A DNA stretch of 64,000 nucleotides from Octopus bimaculoides. Its lineage: Eukaryota. The DNA lies in contig NC_068982.1 of assembly GCF_001194135.2 (NCBI RefSeq), positions 98,018,436-98,082,435 on the forward strand, in the 5' to 3' direction. The notes beneath the pieces were generated by a model, which saw only the letters and a list, made by a program, of their open reading frames with translations, was not told where the DNA came from and made no database searches. Position 1 is the stretch's first letter, and every line of letters starts with the position of its first letter. Both the position numbers and the translations under genes were made by a program. This document shows, one piece after another, positions 14,601 to 27,120 of the stretch.

Positions 14601-15589
14601 CTTCATAAGTACAGCAAGGCACAAGGCATCTCAGTCCTTTGTCATCTCATGGAAGCGGGGCTTAAGATTGATGGGAACAAAAGGAGGAAGTTATCATACT
14701 GGAGACCTGGCATGAAATGAATAGAGCAAACTCCATTAAAGGCACCAAGGGCTAAACGATAGCGTTCAACCAGGCAACAAGTTAACTCTGCTACCAAAAA
14801 CAGGAAGTGTATCTTTGACAGGCTTCTATGCAGTTTCCAACTATGAAATTTCACTCACAAGGATTCAGCCATCTCAAAACTGCTATGCCTAAAATTTCAT
14901 GCAGTGGGATTGAACCTGAAACTACATAATTACAAAGTGAACGTCTTAGGAATGATAGGGTCTCTGAGTTGGTGCCTGCCCCCACTTCCAAACTGAAATA
15001 CAGAAGACCACCAATGTTTGTACTCAAAAACACTTTCTAACATGGTGCTATCATTCTCAACAACAGTAATTATGAATCATTTCTTTTTTTTTTTTTTTTA
15101 CCATCTACCTTGACTATTACCAATCTTGCTTACACTACATCTTAATAGAACCACAAATGACACAAATTCAATCATAAGTTTCTTCAATCAATAGTTATCT
15201 GGGATTAAACAACAGCAATAACTAAATCTTTGCTTCATCTTCTCATTCTCTCTACTGCTCTAATGTGATGTGATATGAAAACTAGAAGCTAACATACTCT
15301 AATGCTTAGTTATTATATCAAAAATAACCTACCCAGAATTAGATTGCAAAAGTAGTAATTCAAACTCTTTTTTCAGATAATGGGATGGAACACAAACATC
15401 AGATGCAATGCCAATATGCAGGGGATAATATATTTTTGATCAGAAATTCTAATAATAATTTCTATGAGTAACAGAGGTTTTTGCTTTGTAATGGTAGTAA
15501 AACAGTCAGCTGATCTTACAAAAGAAGCATATACTGCCTGGGAATGGTTCAGGTTACCTACTTCTAAGTATTAGAAGGAATTTTACTTA

Positions 15590-15790
15590 GTGTCATGTAA
15601 AAAGCACCCTGTACACTCTGTAAAGTGGCTGGTGTTAGGAAGGGCATCAAGCTGTAGAAACCAAACCAAACCAGACCAGACCAAGGAAAATAGTGCGGCC
15701 CCTGGCCTTTCCAGTTCCTGACAAGCCATCCAACTGATGCCAGCATGGAAAACAGATATTGAATGTTGATGATGATGATGATGATGATGA
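15590..15790 (+). mobile_element. RTE 3' tail fragment
   Basis: AAAAGCACCC...TTAGGAAGGGCATC...GCCAGCATGGAAAACAGAT plus (GAT)n. Confidence 0.85.
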
Positions 15791-15939
15791 CTTCATGCAT
15801 CACTTTCCAACTGTTTCCTTATCCTTAAACCTTTTCATACCAACCCACCTCAGACTGGTTCTAATATATAAACTTACTGTTTTACATTGATTTAAATTAA
15901 ACCTTGTATCTTCTGCTTCAAACACCACCCAAATAATCC

Positions 15940-16085
15940 ATTCTATTATAGACAGTATGTTTTGAAGTTTGGGAGAGAGGCTAGTTGATTACATGCAACT
16001 GGTACCTATTTAACTGACCCCAAAAGGATGAAAGACAAAGTCAATCTTGGTTGAACTCAGAATGTAATGGCAGGCAAGATGCTAA
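15940..16085 (-). mobile_element. SINE fragment (family B, same as 31359-31790)
   Basis: Reverse complement contains TTTGTCTTTCATCCTTTTGGGGTCAGTTAAATAGGTACCAGT, homologous to the core of the 31.4-31.8 kb copies. Confidence 0.7.
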
Positions 16086-16087
16086 TA

Positions 16088-16457
16088 GGCCCAAATATTC
16101 TGTTTTAAGTCCAAACTTGCCAGATCTGACCTCTCACACCTGTCTTATGTTGTCATTATAAAAACAAACAACCAAATCATCAAAATTTCAAAGCTGTGAG
16201 ATAATACATGATTAATTCAAAACAGTTACAATAATCTGAATGCTAAAGGGTTAAACCAGCCATATCCAGTGCAAATATTATACCTGTTTTATGTTCAAAC
16301 TGGTCAGATCCAGTCTCTCACACCTATCCTACTATGTCATTCTAAAAATATACAATCACATCAAAATGTTGAAGCTACAAGATAATGTATGATCAATTCA
16401 AAATGATATGAATAGATAGGTATTGCATTTGACAGAGTAATCTGAATGCAAAAGGGT
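16088..16457 (+). mobile_element. Head-to-tail dimer of a TTAA-ended (piggyBac-like) MITE
   Basis: Two ~170-200 bp units, each ending AATCTGAATGC(T/A)AAAGGG-T(T/C)AA; homologous to 24438-24647 and 36599-36800. Confidence 0.8.
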
Positions 16458-17416
16458 CAAACAACAGCCTAATAATGACAAAACTTCCATAGTTTCCAAT
16501 TACACAAAATTTCACTTGCAAGGATTCAGTCTTAATTCCTATTTCACAATATTAATTGAAGCAAAGGCAGCGAATTTCAACAGAAATATAGTAACAACAA
16601 ATTTTTTAAAAAATTAATTAAAACATATTTCACTGTGTTAGTATAGGTCTGATGGTTTTCGCAAGTGTTGAGTATTTACAAGCTGTATGAACATTTTTTT
16701 TTACAGATGGATACTTTTCCTACTACAAATCTCTCAGCTGGAGGAGTATGACATTTTGTTAGCCAAGTAAACTGAAGCAAGCTGAGTAATGATTTGCATT
16801 GCATCGTTAGTGCAGCACTATATTCTGTACTACTAATGATCTTCATTAGCTCAATCCATTTAACTGTAAACAAGTATCAAGAAATTATTAGAGTGAATGG
16901 GATACGATTATTGATATTTAACAAAATATGTTTGCTTTTGGTTTGCAAACCTGAGATGTGTCCTTATGCCCCTGGATGAAACTTAAGATAAAATTACATT
17001 CTTATTCTGTTCCAAATTAAGATTTCAATCAACAGTACACTCCTCCCTACCATGACCATCAAAATCAACCCCACAAGCCACCACCACCACCACCACAACA
17101 TCACACTGTATTCCAGGTTGACTGACATCTGCTTCGTCAATACCACAAGATATTTCTCCCCCCTCAACCATGTGTTGACTGAATCATAAGACATGGATGA
17201 ATAAAGATGAATTATGACAAGTTATACCATCTTTGTAATTCCAACAAAACTTCAAACAACAAATCAATAAAAAATAATAACAGTGAGGAACAAAGTTGTT
17301 TTCAAATCCAAAAATAAATGTCAACATAATTTAAAATAAAAAAAACTTAGGAAAAGAAAAATGTGAAAAAAAAAAAGAAAGAAAATAAAGACAGAATGAC
17401 GCTGTCAGTGACTCAC

Positions 17417-17465
17417 GGCAGATAGTAGTAGCTGTAGCATCAGTGCAGTGTATGAGAGAAACAAT
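17417..17465 (-). CDS. Candidate small exon of an unidentified gene
   Basis: Acceptor TTTCTGTTAG and donor GCC|GTGAGT; two open frames (IVSLIHCTDATATTIC or LFLSYTALMLQLLLSA); no homology recognised. Confidence 0.2.
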
Positions 17466-18608
17466 CTAACAGAAATGAAGCTTGTTTTGTTCAATTAGCT
17501 TTAACAGATTATTTATCATCATCATCATCATCACCATTATTATTATTATGATTATTATTATTATTATGTTAGGTCATACTGACATCGCATTGTTTGTCAA
17601 AAGCAAACTCAGGTCTAGTGACATCATTGACAAGGTGAGAGCAAACTGAAAAATCTGGTTTTATATATTTATTCCCCACCTAAACTATAAACCCTCATCT
17701 CATATGAGCCAATGAGGAAGCCACTATGTGACTGTTCAATCTGCTAGAAGAAGCCATTAAATCTCACTCAAACTACACTGCTATGTTGAAAGACATACTG
17801 GTGGTTTCATTGACATGGGAGAAACTGAACTTAGTCTTTTTTATATGAGTCACCAGTTTCTTTTTTACTTCCAACATTAGGTAAAGAATGAACTGCTTAG
17901 TTACCTTCTACAAAGGGCTCTGTAGACAGAACCTTAATCAGAGTCATTATGTAACATTATAGCCATTATGCTATCAATTCCCCTCAAAATTGCTATCCTT
18001 AGACCTACATTAGAAACTACATTTTTACAGCAAAACTCGTACTTAAACTCTCATAAAAGAAACAAAAACTCTTCTGTCTCCTACATTGTGAGATAATCAT
18101 TATTTCCAGTAACATTGTTTATTTACTTTAAAACAAAAAGTATTAACAAAAAAAATTTATAAAATGATTAAATAGGAATTATGAATTCTAGAAAGATATA
18201 CTAATAGGAACTATTTGCCTATATACAGTAAGAAAATCAAATCCACACAGGGCTAAAGAGAACAATAACTACGTTAACACTATATAGGAGAACTACAATT
18301 ATTTCGAAAGAACTATGTGTCAGAATTAGATAAGAAACTGAGAGTGGAGAAGAGAGAGATATATTGATTTTGTATGTATATGTATTTATGGACACTCAAT
18401 ACCTTTCTGAATGCATTTGTTTTACTGTTGCAAGTTTGGCTTCGAAGCCCTCATCAAATTGTTTGGTGATGATTACTAAGCTAAAACTTGTCAACATTTT
18501 TCCATGTTTGTGCATTATGTATGTGTGTGTCTGTGTACGCTACATGTACTTAATATCAATTTGACTTAACCTTACATGACTAAGTTTCATCGATATGTAG
18601 GGCATGTT

Positions 18609-18697
18609 CATCTCATTGGAGTTGGAGGCAGAGACTACCTCCGAATACTTGATGAGATGGGTGCATCCTACGCACCTGGATTCAGCTGTAACTCCAA
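18609..18697 (+). ncRNA. Putative structured RNA element (pseudoknot, HDV-like helix order), unclassified
   Basis: Four perfect, largely abutting helices: 18609-15/18653-59, 18616-23/18690-97, 18624-28/18638-42 and 18660-64/18672-76, in a GC-enriched island. Confidence 0.35.
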
Positions 18698-18729
18698 CCA
18701 TGTGTGTTGAGTGAGTGATACTTCATTCT

Positions 18730-18970
18730 TTGTTAACTATTGATGCTTATGATACCAACCTGGCTGAAACAACTTCTGGCTTTGTAGTACAAATGTCTTG
18801 TTATCAAAAGTTCTGAATTAAAATCTTCCACCAAACCTTAGTCACAATTTAAGTTCCTAACACTAGCTTAATGATAACTAAGTTATTTTATTAAATTCTT
18901 TATCATATTCAAAAATAATTGAAAGAAACACAGAGCATCTCAACATAAATATGCTAACAAAAGGGTTAGC
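18730..18970. mobile_element. Second TTAA-ended MITE family, decayed
   Basis: Begins TTAACTATTGATGC..GATACCAACC and ends CTAACAAAAGGGTTAG; the start resembles 24860-25000 (TTAATTCTTGATACCAACCTG). Confidence 0.45.
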
Positions 18971-19132
18971 ATACATATATATATATATCTATATTTATTT
19001 CTCCTCTCTCACTATATATATATGTATATATAGCTGTGATAGATACTTAATACTATAAGATTTGGATAATATATAGATAGATATATATATACACACACAC
19101 ACACACATACACATATACGTATAATGCTTAGG

Positions 19133-19178
<46 letters not shown>

Positions 19179-19959
19179 ACATGGAATACAGAATAGATGA
19201 ATTAGAATGCGATGTATGAAGCATGTGTGTCTATTTCTTGCATAAATCATGCCTGAGTATTTTTGAATTTTAAATGTTCTCTGGTCAAGCACTTTAATGT
19301 TATTTACAGCTTTCTTCTCCCATAAGACAATTTTCATTCACACAAACAAACAGCATGTTGATTGAATCCCCATTGTTTGTTCCATTCACCTGACATTGGC
19401 CCTGGGTGATGCAAATCTCTCTCACGCACAAACATAATGCTACAAGCGTCTGCCTTATATTCTGGATGCAATACGTAATTTAATTTCCTGTCTAGGTAAT
19501 AATGTGTACATACATCTTGTGTTGGTATATTCTGGAGTCTTTTTTTCCTTTCACATGGCCTATAGTCATAGCTCTAATTAATTTTTTTTAAAATTTAGAC
19601 CACTGATTCTCAACAGCTGTTCCATGGACAACAACTTTTTCAAATTACTCAATGCCCAAAGTCTTTCAAAGATCAAAACCACATGCTTAGACAGTAATTG
19701 CCTGACTTGAGAAAAAATAAAAATAAAAAAAATTATAAATACTACATACTAAGATTTGAACCATCACACTTAAACTTTAGAAATTTTACATTTGGACTGC
19801 TCAACCATTGCACTACAACAGTAAAATGTCGAAATTTTTATTTGTGAAGTTTATGGTTTAATTTTTAAAGAAACTTACAGAAGAATGATCTTTGGGAGTT
19901 TTTTTTTATCAAAAAAAAAAAAAATGAAAACAATTAAGGAACTAGCTTAACTCAAACTT

Positions 19960-21460
19960 TATCTGGAGTGTCCATTGACTTGTCAGTAAAGATAGGGATT
20001 ATTTTTGAGTGGCAGTTGTTATCACTGAAGTGGTAACATCTCAACTCAAAAGGATATTTTATGAAAGAGCAAGCAACACCATTAGTAATTCCTACATTGT
20101 TGCATAGAAAGTTGCACAAAGCAGAAAGATTCTTGCAAGTGTATAACAACTTGAGTTACTTTGTGCAAAAGAAATATTGCATCATTCTGTTGGTGACGAA
20201 ACCACAAGGAAGTTGGATAACATATCTGTCTCCAACAACATGTAAGACAAAAGAGAAACTGAGAAGTCAGAAAACAAGGGCAACAAAATCATGAACAAAA
20301 TAAAGAAGTCTCCAATTATTTGTCATATTATTTAGATGAAATGATTAACATATTAATGTCCTTCCTCTAAATTATCAATATTTACATGAAGTATCATTGA
20401 CAGAGCTGAGGCAAATCTTTATTTTGTGAGACTATAGAAACCACAACAAAGCTCAAAGTATGTTGGAAATTGCAAACAATTTCTTTGAAGAGAATAGATT
20501 GAAAGGGAAAAACCATGTTAATGTTATGCCTGATGGTGCACCAGTCATGCTATTTTCAAGATCTGGTTGCCAAACAGTTGTGAAAGAGTGTTACAGTTGA
20601 GAGAAGTACTAGCATAAAAATTATATTACTTCATAAAATAAACTGAACTGCTTTAAAAGGATTAGTGAAGTCAGTCGATTACATAAAATTATCAGCTGCA
20701 CAATTAAAGCAACTTTGAAGTGGTGTTATTTTAGACTTCTATGTGGTAGCAGTCAGTAGGAAGGGTAGTCAAATGAATTTTCCAAGTATGGGGATGGAAA
20801 TGGTGAAGATGAATACTGAAATAACTTAAATCAGAGCTTGCTTGCTTAGAGGGAATATTCCAAATTTTGGACAAGCTGAATCTTTAGTTATATAGTGAGA
20901 TGGAAGGGATATCATGCTCTTGCTTTATGTGGCTGGGGTCATTTTCAGTTAGTGGTCCCATGGGCATCATCATGCAGAGAGCTGACCAAGTTCACCAGTG
21001 CCCTCCAGTGTTGTGCCGGCCCCTCTGCATCCTCCAAGGTGGTGTTGAGCCTCTGGTGATCTTCCCCAATCATGTCCAACCATCTGGTGCAGAGCCTGCT
21101 ATGAGGCCTCTTCCAGCATAGAAAAAGTGATAATTTATTTTCTCAATAACATATAATCAAACATTTCTTGAAAAGCTGAATCTATGGATTGAGCATTGAC
21201 TTAATTTCCAATGTTTTGGATGCAAAACCCACAGGAAAGAAGGCAATTCAAAGCAAAATTATCAAATATTTTAAAAACTTAATTCCAGTACTATCAAAGG
21301 GTGGCATATCCTACACCAGGAACCATTTTATATCAGATCTGAATGTTGTTCCAATGAATCCAAAGAAGAATTTTTGGAAATTAAAAATGATTTGATGGCT
21401 CAAGATTTATGGAAGTAGCTATCCCACAACAGAAAATTTAAAGGTAAGCAACAACATCTA
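19960..21460 (+). pseudogene. Decayed Buster/Charlie-type hAT transposase (ZBED5/SCAND3-like family)
   Basis: Fragments LLCAKEILHHSVGDETTRKLDNISVSNN, ANNFFEENRLKGKNHVNVMPDGAPVMLFSRSGCQTVVK (TDGAPAMLG catalytic-D motif), FLEKLNLW and RNHFISDLNVVP; stops and frameshifts; interrupted at about 20600-21130. Confidence 0.8.
20900..21120 (-). mobile_element. RTE-like LINE 3' ORF fragment inserted in the hAT transposase
   Basis: Minus translation RGLIAGSAPDG / RWLDMIGEDHQRLNTTLEDAEG, resembling the RWLDxIxEDL RTE C-terminus. Confidence 0.55.
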
Positions 21461-21854
21461 GTGGACTGCAAGTAAAATACATTATAATGTATAAACAACA
21501 TGGGCGTTGTTTATTTTCAGTTTCCATCAACCAATTGAAGGAAACTGAAAGGCATTAGTCGGTCTATGGATATAGCAAAGGAAACCAGCCAATAGCATCT
21601 ACAAAGGACCAAATCCACAACCACATAGTTTGGAAGCAAGCGTCTAATCCAACCTGCCATATCTATGTGTGTTTGTGTGTGCATGTATTTGTACTTTCGC
21701 AAACTCCTTGTCTTGTTGCATGATTGTTGTAAACAAAAACATCAACATCATACAAACAGTGTCATCTCGTTTCATTCTTCTATGGAAACTTGTCTAACCA
21801 TGGAAAAATATTTTGCTTGGAAACAGGAGAGGGTTGGCAACAGAAAAAACATCC

Positions 21855-22790
21855 AATTGTAGGAAATTTGTCTGTGGATGCTCGGAGAGAGTTGCCACTA
21901 AAATAAGAAAAGCCTGGGCAAAGTTCAGAAAGCTCCTACCTCTACTGGTGACAAAGGGCCGTTCGCTGAGAGTGAAAGGTAGATTGTATGTTGCATGAGT
22001 GCAAACTACCAAGCTATACAAGGCAGTGAAACATGGGCTGTGACTGCTGAAGACTTGCATAGGCTTGAAAGAAATGAAGTTAGTATGTTCCGCTGGATGT
22101 GTAATGTCAGTGTGCATGCATGACAGGGCGTAAGTGTCCTGAGAGAAATGTTGGACATAAGAAGCATCAGATGTGGTGTGCAAGAGAGACGACTGCGCTG
22201 GTATGGTCATGTGCTGCATATGGATAAGGAGAGCTGTGTGAAGAAGTGTCACTCCCTAACAGTGGAAGGAACCTGTGGAAAAGGCAGGAAGACATGGGAT
22301 GAGGTGGTGAAGCATGACCTTCGAACGATAGGCCTCACAGAGGCAATGACAAAAGACTGAGACCTCTGGAAATATGCTGTGATTGAGAAGACCTGGCAAG
22401 TAAAGTGAGATCACAGCCCTAGCCTACACTGGTGTCACACAACCAGCCCATTTAAAAAGTACCTTGGATTCATCGGGCAACATGCCGTGCTTGAGGAGAC
22501 CTAATGAGTCAAGTAAAATCAAAATCAAATCACAATCAAATGGAAATTGTAGTTGTGGCCGATGCCAGTGCTGCCTGACTGGCTCCTGTGCTGGTGGCAC
22601 ATAAAAAAGCACCCACTACACTCTTGGAATGGTTGGTGTTAGGGAGGGCATCCAGCTGTAGAAACATTGCCAGATCAGATTGGTGCCTGGTGCGACTTCC
22701 TGGCTTGCCAGTCCCCAGTCGAACCATCCAACCCATGCCAGCATGGAAAACGGACGTTAAACGATGATGATGATGATGATGATGATGATG
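21855..22790 (+). mobile_element. 5'-truncated RTE LINE (RT C-terminus, 3' UTR and (GAT)n tail)
   Basis: GCSERVATKIRKAWAKFRKLLPLLVTKGRSLRVKGRLY; GSETWAVTAEDL; RRLRWYGHVLHMDKESCVKKC...KTWDEVVKHDLRTIGLTEAMTKD. Confidence 0.95.
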
Positions 22791-23303
22791 ATATATTATA
22801 AAGTACTCAGTAGTTAGTGTAAAGTAGCTGGCATCAGGAAGGGTATCCAACTGTAGAAACCATGTCAAAGCAGACACCGGGGCTCAATGCAATCCTCAGG
22901 CTCATTTGATCCTGTTGAACTGTTGATGGCAATTAATATTTGCTCATGCACACACACAAGTGTGCATACACATACTCATTGTAAAAGAAATATTGTTTTG
23001 TTTTTAAATCAAGAATAATGATGCTTAGCTTTTTATTTGGATTATACTGGTAGTCTGTGAAAAGGAAACAAGATGAAAACCACTGGGTTAGAACAATTAT
23101 GAAGCAGATGTAACTCTTACACACACACACGACTTACTGTTCCATAACTTTCAACAATAATCAAATGAATTTTCAACAGAGAATTTTTATTCAAGTGTCA
23201 GTTATTAAAATTCTTTGCAGAAAATTCATTTAATGATTACCTCAGCCAGTATGAAGCCTAACCTTACAGAAGAGAAACAGCCATCTTTAACTATTACTAT
23301 ATT

Positions 23304-23370
<67 letters not shown>

Positions 23371-23714
23371 TTAATCTATATAACATATTAAGTAGTCTTT
23401 AGTTTGTTCAGGAAACCACTTGTAAATTATTATAATATATGTATAAAGTGAAACTGGTTGGTTGGTGTCTCCGACAGAAATGAATGATCTATGAAGTAGA
23501 TCTCCTTAAGATCTGGCAGATAATCAAGTATTTAAGAGACTAAGTAATTGTTGATTTTAACATATTAAGAGTTTTTTATTTCGAGATTTACAACTGTTAG
23601 AATCTCCAACAAAGATCAACATAAATTAAAGTTAAACTCAATATTTTAACTCCATTCCTGTAGTCCAACAATGATTTGCTCTTAATTCATTTTTTTTTTT
23701 AAAGTTTCTTCCAT

Positions 23715-24090
23715 TCTATACATGGCTCAAGTGAGACTCATACTGAACTACATTTGGAAGATTGCCACCTCTAAATGTACAGCAGTCCTAGACATTCTCC
23801 AAAACAAAAAAGGCCCCAACCCTTCTGATCTATAGGTATGCTATCTCCTCATTTTACCTTTGCTATAACTACTACTATGGCCTCTGCTACTAACAACTGG
23901 CATGATTTCAAACCACTGCCCCCTATCCCCATCGCACTTATTCCTCTCAACTCCTCTCCACACCACCCAATAGTGATTCCATGGCCACCAAGTCGTGCAT
24001 GAGTTACTTTGTCCAGTCCCTTTCTCCCCACAACAACACTCTACTAAGATTCACTCCTTGCCTACATTTTACAGAAGCTGTCAATTTGTA
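23715..24090 (+). mobile_element. CR1/L2-like LINE 3' remnant
   Basis: Decayed LYxAQVRLILNYIWK (cf. LYKAQVRPxLEYCSHIW) and LCYNYYYGLCY motifs. Confidence 0.6.
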
Positions 24091-24437
24091 GCTGTTCAAG
24101 AGATAAATCTCCTCACAGTCTTAAAAGGCTTGTGAAAGTCATATGCACAGATCCTTCTTTCAAAAGCTATACAAAGAAAAAAATTGCTTTGATACTAGCA
24201 TTACTGATTGTTATTATTGGACAAAAAGCTAGCATCAGCGATGACAAAACAGACCGCATTTAGACCAGTGTCTGTATGTGGATTGAACTTTCTCCTAAAA
24301 GTACAGGAAAATGCACACAAATAGAATGTATTTGTTGAAAGAATACTTTTCTCAACAGTATCAAGCTACATTGAGTAATAGTGGTTAAATGGATAGCTAA
24401 AGACTCATACTTGATGCAGCATTTTGTCCTTGGTGAA

Positions 24438-24647
24438 CCCTTTAGCATTCAGATTACTCAATGCTTATTCATTCACATTGTTTTGAATTGATCATGCAGT
24501 ATCTTGTAGCTTCAAGATTTTGATGATGTGATTGTTTATTTTTAGAATGACATTGTAGGATGGGTGTGCGAGGTTGGATGTGACCAGTTTGAACATAAAA
24601 TGAGTAGAATAATTGGGCTAGATATGGCTAGTTTAAATGTTAAAGGG
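24438..24647 (-). mobile_element. TTAA-ended (piggyBac-like) MITE
   Basis: CCCTTTAGCATT...AATGTTAAAGGG inverted ends; reverse complement of the 16254-16457 and 36599-36800 units. Confidence 0.8.
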
Positions 24648-26242
24648 CTAAAGAAGTAAAATGATATCACATTAAATATTATGACAAGAGCTAAGAAAAA
24701 AGTACTCAATACACTCTGTTACGTGTTTGGTATTAGAAAGGGGAACCAGCCAAAGAAACTATGCATGATGCAATCCTCCCACTCTTCAGATCCTGTCAAA
24801 CCATCCAACCCATGCCAATATGCATGTTGGACATTATATGATAATGATTTTACCTATACTTAATTCTTGATACCAACCTGCCTCTATTTCCATGATGCAA
24901 AACCTATTTCAATGCATTAATATAATTTTAAATCTAAAACTTTTTGTTATAAATGGTGGTTTAGTAATAATGAAAAGGTAAATTACTTAATGAAATCTTT
25001 CAACATTCTTAATTACTTTCAAAATTAATTCTCAAAAACAAAGATAGTTTATTGATATTTTGGGGGATGGTCATTTTTTTTTTTTTTTTTGCCAAATAAA
25101 CACACACACATTATATATTTGTTCTTCTCTTGCTTATTATTGTTCTGATTTTATCTTATAAAATAAGAACAATAAACGAGTGAAGAATGAATATGTTTGC
25201 TTATTTGGCAAAAAAAAGAAAAAAAGACTATCCTGAAATATAATATCTGTTTCAACACAAGGTTTTACATCAGGATCCTTGCAAAACAAATTCATAAACG
25301 TAAAGACAGTTTACTTTATTGGAAATATAATCAAGAATAGATAAGCATATGATTCAAACTATATTACGAGTTCCACTTTCCCTAATCCAGTTATCCTAGT
25401 TATATAGTAAGGAGACAATTTTCCTTATACATCTTGTACCAAATCTCTGTTGAAAGTCATGTTATCATTGTATGTGTGTATGTGCACATTCATATACCAG
25501 TTTTTCATGTTATACTGTAAAGTGCACTGAAGGGTTTGCCAAATAAATATCAAGAGAAGGGAAAAATTGATATGAATGTAGATAGGTAAGGGTATATAAT
25601 GCCTGTTATAAAAAAGTTTGATTTACAAACACAAACTTCCAGAGTTCATGTCACAGCACAAGACTCTGGGCAGGTATTATTATTGATAGCCTCAAAAATC
25701 ATTAAAGAAATAACCAAAGACATGGAAATATGAGAGCTTAGTGTAAGAAAATACATCTCAATGTCAAACAGCCTTGAATGTGTCCGAGCCAGTTTTAACA
25801 AATTAACATATTTGTTGGAATACATTACCTTTTTGTTTAAATCAATTTTGAAAATAAGGAAGATTTTTATCAGAATAGCTATGTTGGTGTTTGGAACATA
25901 AATGAACATGAAATTTCAATGGAAGATTTTTAATTTAGATCATTTTAAAACAGGATGTTTGTATCATACAACCAGGGGTGGTCCCCGATGGGTTGATATT
26001 TAAGTTAAAATATTTTAAAAAGCCAATGCAAAACAACAATGCTGTGAAGAAATGACATTAGTTCAAGGGCTATTATTTTGACAAAGAGACAACTCTGGGC
26101 ATGCTTCATTCTTATTAGACTTTCTCAGCAAAGCATACTGCTCGCTGTACTTGCCAAAGGTAGTAATGAGAGAATCAGTAGATGTCTAACATTGTTCATA
26201 AGTAAACATGAAAAAGTAACTGATTGAAAAAAAAAAATATCA

Positions 26243-26602
26243 ACCACATGGTTCCGAGTTCAGTCCCACAGCGTGGCACCTTGGGCAAGTGTCTTCTACT
26301 ATTGCCTCGGACCGACCAAAGCCTCGTGAGTGGATTTGGTAGACGGAAACTGAAAGAAGCCCATCGTATATATGTATATATATGTGTGTCTGTGTTTATG
26401 TTTGTGTGTCTGTGTTTGTCCCCTCAACATCGCTTGACAACCGATGGTGGTGTGTTTACGTACCCGTAACTTAGCGGTTCGGCAAAAGAGACCGATAGAA
26501 TAAGTACTAGGCTTACAAAGAATAAGTCCTGGGGTCAATTTGTTCGACTAAAAGCGGTGCTCCAGCATAGCAGCAGTCAAATGATTGAAACAAGTAAAAG
26601 AG
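26243..26602 (+). mobile_element. SINE family A, 5'-truncated, young (CpGs retained)
   Basis: GGCACCTTGGGCAAGTGTCTTCTACTAT...GAAACAAGTAAAAGA; homologous to 38483-38880 and 62984-63360. Confidence 0.9.
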
Positions 26603-26619
26603 TAATCATTGCAGTGAAA

Positions 26620-27120
26620 ATTACTCAAAGAAATTATTCTTAAGTATAACTGGATTCACATAACTGTGCTAATAACTATGAAGAGGAAAATGTCCAGATA
26701 GTTAGTACAGAAATATGGTACCATTGAGGAAGTGTTAAAATTTTACCAAATGAAAATAAGTGACAGAATAAGTTAAAGAAAACTTTGAATAATATACTCA
26801 AGATATCAACAACAAATGAATCGAAGAAGGGAGCTGCTATGTGCTCAAAATAACCAAAAAAACTTCCCTACTACCTTCAAATTTAGTACTGGATACACTT
26901 GAATCTAGAGAAAGCAGACAAGATAAATACTTATAATTTTAAGTCTGCTGGATCACAGCTGATCAAGGACTAAATTAAAGCAACAATGACAATCATAGCC
27001 AATAGATGAGACAATTTAACTAAAAGCAGAAATTAAATGATTCAACGAACCTATTAAAATCATCTTTGAAGGAGAAATATCAAAAATGCTTTAAGATATA
27101 AACCATTACTTCTAACGCAA
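26620..27120 (+). mobile_element. Possible R4/Dong-like LINE remnant
   Basis: Weak motifs only (LCAQNNQKNF; KSAGSQLI cf. KSPGxDxI). Confidence 0.25.

Larger units (their letters stand above)
19601..23085 (+). mobile_element. Fossil full-span hAT (Buster/Charlie) transposon with nested insertions
   Basis: Left end CACTGATTCTCAAC, right end TGAAAACCACTG; decayed TSDs ATTTAGAC/GGTTAGAA; internal transposase remnants. Confidence 0.6.
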
